Shown piece by piece: positions 1-11,800 of a DNA stretch of 64,000 bases. Location: NCBI GenBank assembly GCA_020137815.1, contig CM035359.1, positions 3,782,001-3,846,000 of the forward strand, in the 5' to 3' direction. The position numbers and the translations under genes are program-made. A model generated the notes under the pieces. It had not been told where the DNA came from. It made no database searches and saw nothing but the letters and a program-made list of their open reading frames with translations. This DNA comes from Hormiphora californensis. Lineage: Eukaryota; Animalia; Ctenophora. Positions within the stretch are counted from its first letter, which is position 1; every line of letters starts with the position of its first letter.

Positions 1-1500
1 ACACTCGCATCACATACAAGTATGTAGTGTGAGACACTCGCATCACATACAAGTATGTACTGTCAGACACTCGCATCACATACAAGTATGTAGTGTCAGA
101 CACTCGCATCACATACAAGTATGTACTGTCAGACACTCGCATCACATACAAGTATGTACTGTTGCAGACACTCGCATCACATACAAGTATGTAGTGTCAG
201 ACACTCGCATCACATACAAGTATGTACTGTCAGACACTCGCATCACATACAAGTATGTAGTGTCAGACACTCGCATCACATACAAGTATGTACTGTCAGA
301 CACTCGCATCACATACAAGTATGTAGTGTCAGACACTCGCATCACATACAAGTATGTACTGTCAGACACTCGCATCACATACAAGTATGTAGTGTGAGAC
401 ACTCGCATCACATACAAGTATGTACTGTCAGACACTCGCATCACATACAAGTATGTAGTGTGAGACACTCGCATCACATACAAGTATGTAGTGTGAGACA
501 CTCGCATCACATACAAGTATGTAGTGTGAGACACTCGCATCACATACAAGTATGTAGTGTGAGACACTCGCATCACATACAAGTATGTACTGTTGCAGAC
601 ACTCGCATCACATACAAGTATGTAGTGTCAGACACTCGCATCACATACAAGTATGTACTGTCAGACACTCGCATCACATACAAGTATGTAGTGTCAGACA
701 CTCGCATCACATACAAGTATGTAGTGTGAGACACTCGCATCACATACAAGTATGTACTGTCAGACACTCGCATCACATACAAGTATGTACTGTCAGACAC
801 TCGCATCACATACAAGTATGTACTGTGAGACACTCGCATCACATACAAGTATGTACTGTGAGACACTCGCATCACATACAAGTATGTACTGTCAGACACT
901 CGCATCACATACAAGTATGTAGTGTGAGACACTCGCATCACATACAAGTATGTAGTGTGAGACACTTGCATCACATACAAGTATGTACTGTGAGACACTC
1001 GCATCACATACAAGTATGTACTGTGAGACACTCGCATCACATACAAGTATGTACTGTCAGACACTCGCATCACATACAAGTATGTAGTGTGAGACACTCG
1101 CATCACATACAAGTATGTACTGTGAGACACTCGCATCACATACAAGTATGTACTGTCAGACACTCGCATCACATACAAGTATGTAGTGTGAGACACTCGC
1201 ATCACATACAAGTATGTACTGTCAGACACTCGCATCACATACAAGTATGTAGTGTTGCAGACACTCGCATCACATACAAGTATGTAGTGTCAGACACTCG
1301 CATCACATACAAGTATGTAGTGTGAGACACTCGCATCACATACAAGTATGTACTGTCAGACACTCGCATCACATACAAGTATGTAGTGTGAGACACTCGC
1401 ATCACATACAAGTATGTACTGTTGCAGACACTCGCATCGCATACAAGTATGTAGTGTGAGACACTCGTATCACATACAAGTATGTAGTGTGAGACACTCG
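1..1500. repeat. 33-bp minisatellite, block 1 (AGACACTCGCATCACATACAAGTATGTA[G/C]TGT[G/C])
   Basis: About 45 tandem units read directly; occasional 35-bp TGTTGC variant. The RHSHHIQVCSV-type ORFs are translations of this repeat. Confidence 0.97.
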
Positions 1501-1878
1501 GAACACGGCGCATGTTAAGACCCAACCTCGACAAACTATCCCATCTCAATGAAAACCACGCATCTACCTTGATGTCCTTTACACAACACAACAACAATGC
1601 CGGCCCCACTGGCGCCATGTCATGCCCGGTGAAGAGCCATTCCACTGACGCTATTAGTCATGTTTGGTGAAGATGCCGGCCCCACTGGCGCCATGCCATG
1701 CCCGGTGAAGAGCCATTCCACTGACGCTATTAGTCATGTTTGGTGAAGATGTGCAGAACAGGTGCATCCTCTCGGTCTGTCTGCAAGAACTCTTCGGTGA
1801 TGTGTCAGCGGTTGGAGTGTATGCCGTTTATGCGATTGAACGTGTAGGAGTGCGAGCGAGTATGCGTCTGCGTGCATA

Positions 1879-1883
<5 letters not shown>

Positions 1884-1976
<93 letters not shown>
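1884..1976. repeat. (GT)n microsatellite
   Basis: Direct reading. Confidence 0.95.
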
Positions 1977-1977
<1 letters not shown>

Positions 1978-2068
1978 ATGTGGGTGTGCGTGTCTAGGAT
2001 CTAGCAACACAGTACAAGTGTTTTGATCTTTATTTGTTTAATTCTCGTTTAATTCTCGTTTAATTCTC

Positions 2069-2776
2069 TCACATACAAGTATGTACTGTCAGACACTCGC
2101 ATCACATACAAGTATGTAGTGTTGCAGACACTCGCATCACATACAAGTATGTAGTGTGAGACACTCGCATCACATACAAGTATGTAGTGTGAGACACTCG
2201 CATCACATACAAGTATGTAGTGTGAGACACTCGCATCACATACAAGTATGTAGTGTGAGACACTCGCATCACATACAAGTATGTAGTGTGAGACACTCGC
2301 ATCACATACAAGTATGTAGTGTGAGACACTCGCATCACATACAAGTATGTAGTGTGAGACACTCGCATCACATACAAGTATGTACTGTCAGACACTCGCA
2401 TCACATACAAGTATGTAGTGTCAGACACTCGCATCACATACAAGTATGTACTGTCAGACACTCGCATCACATACAAGTATGTAGTGTGAGACACTCGCAT
2501 CACATACAAGTATGTAGTGTGAGACACTCGCATCACATACAAGTATGTAGTGTGAGACACTCGCATCCCATACTTGTATGTAGTGTGAGACACTCGCATC
2601 GCATACAAGTATGTAGTGTGAGACACTCGCATCACATACAAGTATGTACTGTCAGACACTCGCATCACATACAAGTATGTAGTGTGAGACACTCGCATCA
2701 CATACAAGTATGTAGTGTGAGACACTCGCATCACATACAAGTATGTAGTGTGAGACACTCGCATCGCATACAAGTA
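2069..2776. repeat. 33-bp minisatellite, block 2
   Basis: Same unit as 1-1500, about 21 copies, ending about 40 bp before the first visible exon. Confidence 0.97.
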
Positions 2777-2814
2777 TATGTACTATACTGTACATAATAA
2801 TACACTCTTTTTAG

Positions 2815-5800
2815 AGAGCGACCACTTTTTAATAAAACGAAAAGATACGACTAACTTGAATTGCTACTATGGTGCGGATGCAAAGACCAAGTACAGTACC
2901 ACGGCATCAACAACATGTGGTAGTGATGGCCTTGGGTCAACTGACTCTTATGATGTTTACAAGTTCTCGTGCAGTGAGTTTTTATTAAACATATTAAGCC
3001 ACATGATAATACACGTGTTTGGATATTTTAGGGTATTCGACATACCTTACTTTCGTTAATTAAGCTCGCATATTTCAAGAAACTTTTAAATAAGAAACTT
3101 TTTTCTAGGAAACTACAGGTGTAAGCAATCCAAAAACAAAAAGAATTTCTCCTTTATCAAGAAACTAAACAAGTTAGGGGTGTTCTATTTTGTTGTGGTG
3201 TCTCTGAATTGCGTGATTTACATTTGAAAAGTTTCTTATAAAAAAGTTTCTTACTAAAGCGTTTCTTAAAAAACGAGAGTAAGGTATTATATGTTACTCG
3301 CCTGTAAAGCATTATGCTAACAGTTAATCAGGTGTTTTCTGTTCCGCAGCTTGTTACGGTGTGAACTACGATGCTAACGCTCAAAAGTGCTACTTTCTTC
3401 GCGGACCCCCATATAAGGCAATGTTTGTGGCGAACATGGCATCAGCATACATTCGATGGTGAGCAAACAGAACGATGATCGTGCCCCGATATTGCAAACC
3501 CCTGTAATTGTTTAGGCAATTTTTTGCAGCATGAGTGATTTTTTAGCAGCCCAACATGTAACATCTTGCCAGCGCCCATGTCGCACGTGCCAATGCACCA
3601 CGCGCAACAGGCGTTCACAACTGAACGCCTGTTAATTTGAAGAACCAACCAAACTTTTCAGTGTGATTCAGTTTGGATCTTCGAAGCAATTGTTTCGAAG
3701 ATCCTGGTGTGATCGCGCCCTAATAGAGCCACACACACCTTTTTAATTTCAGGTGTTATGGGGAAATAGAGAATGTGGCAGCTCTAGGGGAGGCGACGAG
3801 CTCCAAATATACCCACAGTGGTGCTCCATCACGCATTATAGACCAATATCCCAATGGAGTTTGGTCCGCAGGTAAAATCAAAAATGTTATATTCTTTTCT
3901 TCTCTTCTTTCGTTTATATACCATGCAGAACTATCCAGTAACCATGGCAATTATCCAGTAACCATGGCAATTATCTTGCAGGGACTACGACCCATACGGT
4001 GGCGGATTCAGCCCGAAAGATTTGGATAAATATCGATTTTCCCGAGCTAGTGACAGTTTACTCCTTCACAATCATGCACCGGTATTCTTGTTGTACCTAC
4101 AGGAACAAAGGCGTCCAGGTACAATATTACATCCCTTTGTTGTCGTCCAGGTACATGATACAATCTGCAATCCTTCATTCGTTGTCTTTGATCAATCCGG
4201 GGGGAAATCTCATCGCGATATGTAGCGGTTTGGGTTTCACACCGCTCCCTATGACCTTGGTAGAATGTTGGCAACCGACCAACATATAATAATAATTGGG
4301 CTATAAATATTGTTACTCTGACAGATATCATTCGGAACGACAGTGATTGCCACCACACAAACAAAAACCACGTGGCATGTGTACGAGTTTGAAGAGGGGA
4401 AGGAGGCAGGGAGTGTGTATCTGGAACAAGTGGAACAAACTGTTAGTATCATAGTGTCAGTTGGGATATATTGTTATGTTCTAACCCTCCTTTACATTTG
4501 TAAAGAAGGGGCGCGCAAAACAGAGTCTAGCTAGGCAAGGGATGTATTGAAATAAATATATTATGATAAACAGAGAAAAATGCTCATATATATCCCCATT
4601 TAATCACATCCAATATATTCTAGGTGCTAAACCTTGCCGAGATTTTCGTAATGGGGGTGTTCTGGACCCAGAAGATCAAGTTTTACGGGACTAAGAAAGA
4701 GGTGACCAAGGAGGACAGTGGTCAGGCGTTCTATCTGCAGATCGAGTCGGGAGAAAACCAGTTTAATTCGGATGCTGCAGGCATAGTTATTTTAGGTCAG
4801 TTTATCTAATGATGAGAAGTTCATTGACACCAAAGAACTCTGTGATACTATACTATATATTTTTACATTTGAGTTATCCACTGTCAGGCCAATGTTCTCA
4901 CGCACTCATGCCAATGCTCTGACAGGTTGCCCACGTACGCTTTCCCCTACAATAATTGTCTTCCTATTGCATATCAGATATATCTTTGGGGGAACCGGAC
5001 AACTTTGGAAAAGATCGAAAACTCGAGGCGCTCAATGGCACTTCCTGGGCAATCACATGTCGTCTGGACGGGGCAGCGGCATCTGCCATTTCACCCATCA
5101 AACTCTTCTTCGACAATAAGGACACAAGTAAGAGATTTAGTAACGAAATAACCCCTCCCTTACCAGCTCTTTCAAGGGGGTTATTTCGTTACCAAGTAAG
5201 AGACAAACGCCCCGGCCCCCGACCTTTTACTGCAGATTCACCAGGCACCCCAATTCACCAGGCAAATTGCAAAACCCTCCTCCCCCCCCCCCCAAGCATC
5301 CCTGTTGACTGATATTATTTCAGAGTTAATGGGCTAAACCGTATTGCAGTGGTACGGTAACCGCGTCGTTTTTAGCAGGGTCCTTTTGTTGATTTTGTTT
5401 TATATTCTTTTGGTGGTCTGTGTGTGTGTGTGTGTGGCAGTGTTTTGTGACCTGTTGTATTAACTCTCTATGTTGTAGGATGTACTGAAGATGGCATTTT
5501 AGCCGAAAGGCCTTTACACCTGACACCTCGTCGTTTTCTTAAGCCCTACCCCAATCCCCTATTTGCTGTGTAACACCATGCTGAGGGCGGGAGGAGACGA
5601 CTAGGTTCAGTCCAACACTCGTCGGGGGAGCTGCATCTCGTTCCAAACACAAATGTTATCTACCACTGTCTTTATCAGAGGGGAAAGGGAACAGCGATTA
5701 TACCAGTTTTGGGGCCCCTGAGTGTAGTGTGGACGTTTTAACATTTGAGTGATGATACGAGAGGTCACACAGCTAGCTAGAAAGGTTGCCCAGAGGTCCC

Positions 5801-8800
5801 TTCTGGTATCTTCATTGGATCCTAGCTTACTCCAATCGAGCATACTCCCATCCTTGTGGCCCAGGGTCGGTAGATCTTTTGCCTATGAAGACTTAGCCGA
5901 GAAATGCAGTGCCATCCTCCTGGAAGCCCGGCGAAAAATCATCCTACACTGCTAAACACCCGGACCTGCATATCCCATCCAGGAACCACCCTGATTTTAC
6001 ACACCCAGGACTGGACGACGTTAGGACTCGTTTGTTGGGATATGTGAAAAATCTTCAGGGCATACCGGCAAAGCCGAATATGACTAATGCGGAACGCTGT
6101 GGGAAGAATTGGCTGCTGAAGAAATTGAAAGAAGAAGTTCTGTTCATAACGAAGGCGGATAAGGGAGGAGCAACCCTTATTCTCGACTATGACGTAGTTT
6201 TGGGAACCGTTGAAGCCGCCTTGAGGGATGAAAGTGTATTTCAGAAGCTAGAGGTACCAGTCGAGGTCCATATGGCTAGGACAACGGCCCTAATCAAGGA
6301 TACTGTAAGAGCAGAGAACGCTGCAGGAAGGTTGGAGAACCTCGACAAAAAACTCATCACTGGTCTCAACCACCAGGACAATATGGTAACCTCCCCGGTA
6401 TTCAGAGCGATGACCCCTTATGTCTACCCGCTCTTCAAAATTCACAAGTTGAGTAAGGAGGACATCGAGGCTAAGGTGACGCCGCCGACTAGATTGGTAC
6501 ATGCTACTAAGATGGGGCCTTTTTACAGATTAGAAAAATGGTTGGCTCCCGCTCTTACGGAAATTAGTAGGCTCTACTGTGAGCAGGAGGGTGGGCGGAC
6601 TCTAGTGCTAACGGACTCTTTATCTAAACTCAAGGCGGACTCTATATCTAAAACCGGACTCTTTATCTACAGTTAGACTTTGAAAAAAGTTTAGATAAAG
6701 AGTCCGCCCAGTTTAGACTTTTTAGATATAGAGTCCGCCCTGTGTAGACTTTTTAGACATAGAGTCCCCTGGTACATTTTGGCGCCAAATCCCCCAACCC
6801 GGACTCTATGTCTAAATTCCTAAACCAACCCAAAACCTAACCCTAACCATAACCCTAACCCTAACCTCGAACCCAAATAATGGCCCTAACACTTCTCAAT
6901 TAGTATAGAGGTACAGCAAACTCTCGTTTCCGGCCTAACGGCCGAAATCTCGAGTTCGCCGAGAATGGCGGACTCTATGTCTAATTTAGATTTATGTAGA
7001 TATAGAGTCCGCTCTTTGTAGACTTTTTAGATAAAGAGTCCACCCTGTTTAGACTTTTTAGAGATAGAGTCCTCCTAGAGTTTAGACTTATTTGGACTCT
7101 TTATCTAAATCTAAATTTAGATATAGAGTCCACTGTAGACTTAGAGTGTAGCACTAGAGTCCGCCCACCGAGCAGGAGTTCCTGTTAGATTCGGACGACC
7201 TTCTCGAACAGCTTAGGAGTTTGAATATGACATCTTACTCAGGGATGAGGCTATTCACTCTAGATGTGATAGCCTTGTACCCCAGTATAGACCCGAACCT
7301 GGCCCTGGAAGCTTTGGACGATGCTTTAAGGAACTGCAGAACACCTCTGGATGTAGCAACTACTGTACGTAATCTCACAGCTCTGATCCTGAAGGAATCA
7401 TTTGTCACATTCAGGGGAACGGTCTACAAAGGAGTGAAGGGGATCCCGACGGGGAATTGTATATCCCGGCAGGTGGCAGACATAACGCTGCACTACCTGC
7501 TGTTCTTCAAGCTACCAAGGGCGATACCCACACAGGCGAACTTCTGGAAAAGATTCATTGACGATGTGTTCGGGTTTTGGCAGGGCACCGAGAGGTCTTT
7601 CAAGATTTTTGTTGACCATCTTAACTCCTTGGCCGGTCCTCTTGGAATTAAATTTGGAGACTATCAAGTTGGCCACACGGTGAACTTTTTGGATATGGTT
7701 TTGTCAGTATCATCATCAGGGGTCTCCCATACCCTGTACAGGAAGGAGACCGATGCAAGACTATATCTGAAAACTGATAGTTTTCACCCGGAACACGTGT
7801 TCCGTTCCGTGGTACTGTCTCAAATGATCCGCATTATCAACAGGAACTCCAATCCTTCCCCCTTAAAAAGAAATTTGGACGAACTGCGTGAGGATCTCAT
7901 GAGAAGTGGTCACTCCAAGGAAGTTTTGGATGAGTTGGAACCATTGGCTAAGCGGCGGGCTACGGGGATTGAGGAGGTAAATAGGAGGGAACCGGAGAAC
8001 GGTGTGACGCTGGTATACAGTGTCAAATATTATGCGGAGGTAGAGGATCTAAGAGCGCTGATAAGGGATTGTCAGGGGAGCATTGATTTGGTTACTGGTT
8101 ATCCTACTAGGGTGATAATGGCCTTGAAGAAGGGAGCTGCTATCGGTAATGAGGTGGTTCGGAACAGGAAGTTGAGCCTGAGTGAGGCACAGCCTACAAT
8201 CACCCCACAAAATCAACGGTGTAATGGAAAAGGCTGTAAGACCTGTCCCATCTTATTCGAAACCCCTCAGACAGTAGTAGTTAACGGCTCTTGTTTGAAA
8301 TTGGACTTAAGATTGACGTGCAAGTCATCAGGCGTCATCTATGTGGCTAATTGTGTAGTTTGTGGGGAATCCTACTTTGGACAAACCCACTCGGCATTAC
8401 ATATAAGGATGAACGGCCACCGCTCCAAGTTTAAAACTGACCAACTCGCGTTCGAACAAAGTGCCCTTTCATACCACTGTTTCCTCAAACATAGAGACAA
8501 AGACAATTTTAGTATTTCCTCTTTTAGGATTGGGATAGTAAAACGTGTGTCGGCCATGGAGTTAGATAGGTTTGAGGAATTTTTTATTGAATCGTTTGGG
8601 ACCAGAGTTAATGGGCTAAACCGTATTGCAGTGGTACGGTAACCGCGTCGTTTTTAGCAGGGTCCTTTTGTTGATTTTGTTTTATATTCTTTTGGTGGTC
8701 TGTGTGTGTGTGTGTGTGGCAGTGTTTTGTGACCTGTTGTATTAACTCTCTATGTTGTAGGATGTACTGAAGATGGCATTTTAGCCGAAAGGCCTTTACA

Positions 8801-11800
8801 CCTGACACCTCGTCGTTTTCTTAAGCCCTACCCCAATCCCCTATTCAGGTGGGGATGTTGCATATAAAATGAAGAATGAGGCAGATAAGAATTTGTGTGT
8901 TAAACCCAACAATGACCCAACATTTGATGGAGATATCCTGGTATTTGGCGACTGTAAAGGTACTATTATATGCGTAAAGTTGTAAAGGTATTGTAATTGC
9001 ATTATTCAATTGCTTAAAACACCCATTGCTTTTCACTGTTTCCAATGCCAACTGATATTACTGTTTGTGTGTGTTTCTGTGGGCAGCATCGTGTTCAGCG
9101 GGTCCAAATTAGTCGGTAAAAACCGAGATTTGTCCAATTTAAACAAATGGTAAGAAATTTTACTTTTCTGGGAGATCAACGGGGGACGTCCCTGGGAGAT
9201 CTCCGGAGGTGCAAGGGAGGCCGTAAGATTTGATTCGTCAATGATATTACTATTATCCTTGCTCGAACATAACAAATTACTATCACCCTTATTTCAGTTG
9301 TGAATGATAAGTTTTATCTAACCAACGAGACGAAGATACTCCATTCACAGACGGGATACTGTCTTGGGGTAAATTCCTATTTTTAATAAATTTAATGATA
9401 CACAATTATTATAAAACACCGCCCAGGCCAAATCAACAGGGCCAGAAAATTGAGGTTTTAACCAGTCATATGACTGGCACTGTTCGGGATCAGAGGGGTA
9501 TATACCATTGATTACATATTCCTGGCTCACTGAAAGCCCACTCACTGAAAACAACTCATTTAATTGTTGAATATAAGTGATTTCCTGTTCTCATTAAGGT
9601 ACAAGGAACGGTCGCTGAGGGGGCAAAGATCCAAATTTCGGAGGCGAACTGTTACGACACAGCCTGGTTCTCGACATGGGCCGTAGGGAAGGGAGTTATC
9701 TATTACAACACGGATGCAAAGAAGGCGTTTTGTATCACTGGTGGAGCGGTAGCACCCCTTGTCGGGCAAGTGGTAGGTGATCTCTCCTTTATTTTGTCGC
9801 AACAGTCGAACCCCGATTTACCGGATGTGTCCTCAATGTGCCCTCAATGTGTCCTCAATGTGTCCTCAATGTGTCCTCAATGTGTCCTCAATGTGTCCTC
9901 AATGTGTCCTCAATGTGTCCTCAAACGTTCCGTAGGCAGTATGTCATACTACCGCTAAGGGTAGATGGTTTTACCCGGTAAATCGGGGTCCGACTGTATA
10001 TCAAAAACTTATCACGGTGTAAATGTGCCGTGTAAGTCACGACAGTGTCACAACTCACACGACAGTGTCACAACAACACATACTCCAAACCCATTCCTAG
10101 AAAAACATATTCCAAACCGATTCCTAGAAAAACATATTCCAAACACCGATTCCTAGAAAAACATATATTCCGATTCCTGTTTTTTAGCTCCAACTGACGG
10201 CAGCTGCTACATGTGTCAAGACAGCATGGACGGACACCTCTAAATTCCAAGTAGCAAGTGTCGACCTGACAGCCCTGGAAACGACCCGGGCGAGCATCAC
10301 AACAGAGGAAACGGCCTACACGGACACAGTACATGCCATACCGGTCTTCACCAGTGCTACCGTCGGAAAGTACTATTGTGCTGTTATGTGTTCTGAGTCG
10401 GCACGTTGGGCGTCAACTACACAGGTGTATAGCATCGGTAAGTCAGATTAGAGAAGTTACATATGTTTATCGGTAAGTCAGATTATAGAAGTTTCACAGG
10501 TGTATCGAATCGGTAAGTCAGATTAGAAAACTAAGCTGGCTAATTGTTGCTAAACCATGGATTGCAACATTATTGTTGTCCCCAAAGGGTTAAACTCAAT
10601 TTCGTTTACTATTTCCATTAGTTGTCAGCACCCAACCGGAGGATAAGAAGGGAGTAACGCTAGGAACTGAGGCTCAACTTACAATCAAATTCACTGTAAG
10701 TTAACCAAACCTCAATTTTTCCCTAACAATTCATATAAAAAATCATGTTAAAGATTTAATTTTCTGTTACACAATCATTTTACAGGATAAGTATCGGATA
10801 ATTGTTTATGAGCCGCATGATATTATATATAATAGTAATCTGTAGAGATCGTGGTATCTCCTTCCGGCTGGGTCAACAGGGACGAAATGAAAATACGGTG
10901 GTTTATTAACCAGTATTAATTGATTAATAAACCACCATATTTTCATTTCGTCCCTGTTGACCCAGCCGGAAGGAGACACCATCTCTATACAGATTACTAT
11001 CATTTTATCAATCAAATCAAAGATTTAAGACCCTCCCTTTTTTATTGGCCCACGCAGTATATTCTTATTCTCAATCCCAGATACCAGGAACGATGGCAAG
11101 TAAGAGGTTTCCTACTGCAAAAGATGTGGATGTAATAATGGTGGAAGAAGAGGGAAAAGATCCAAAACCAAAAGTCGTCTCCACCAATAGCGTCTCAGTA
11201 AGTGCACTCTATAGGGTATCTTTAATTAATTTAGATCACATGCAAGTGTCACACAAACTCAGGAACACGAGACGTTATTCAGTTATTAAATATTCATTCG
11301 TACACTAAAGTAAAATCGATTTAACTGGAATCTCACCACCAAGAAATTATTGCGTCATTATCTTACACGGCGTCATACACATTTCTATTTGGAATTTCTA
11401 TCTGGAGTTTCTATTTGGAATTTCTATCTGGAAGAACCGCACGTGCAGATGCGCCGCGCCGCGGCTCAAATTCACGTGCGAGATTAAAGAGAGAGACACA
11501 CATTAACGTTATACGATTGTCTCTCACTCTCTCTGGAAAAACCGCACGTGCAGATGCGCCGCGCCGCGGCTCAAATTCACGTGCGTGTTATACAGATTCT
11601 GACCGAAAATACGAGCAATAAATTCCAGTTGGAAATGTGTATGACGAACTGTTACTACTGTAATTGATTGCATACTGATTGCACAATACTACTGCAATTG
11701 ATTTCATCCTGATTGCACAATACAACTGTAATACTGATTGCACAACACTACTGTAATACTGATTGTGCAATTATTGCAGGGCTCAGCATCCAGTGGGGAA

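Larger units (their letters stand above)
5321..8845 (+). mobile_element. Penelope-like retroelement (Neptune-type) with direct pseudo-LTRs
   Basis: Apparently identical 243-bp direct repeats at 5321-5563 and 8603-8845 that overlap the ORF 3' end; RT plus GIY-YIG ORF between them; TTCAG on both flanks (5319-5323, 8844-8848). Confidence 0.95.

Noticed and set aside
1-2776. CRISPR array or His/Cys-rich repeat protein
   Set aside because: Units are head to tail with no unique spacers, there are no cas genes and the context is eukaryotic; the ORFs arise on both strands simply from a 33-bp unit lacking stops.
5321-8845. LTR retrotransposon
   Set aside because: The repeats lack TG..CA and overlap the ORF end; the protein is RT plus GIY-YIG with no gag, protease or integrase, so it is Penelope-like.
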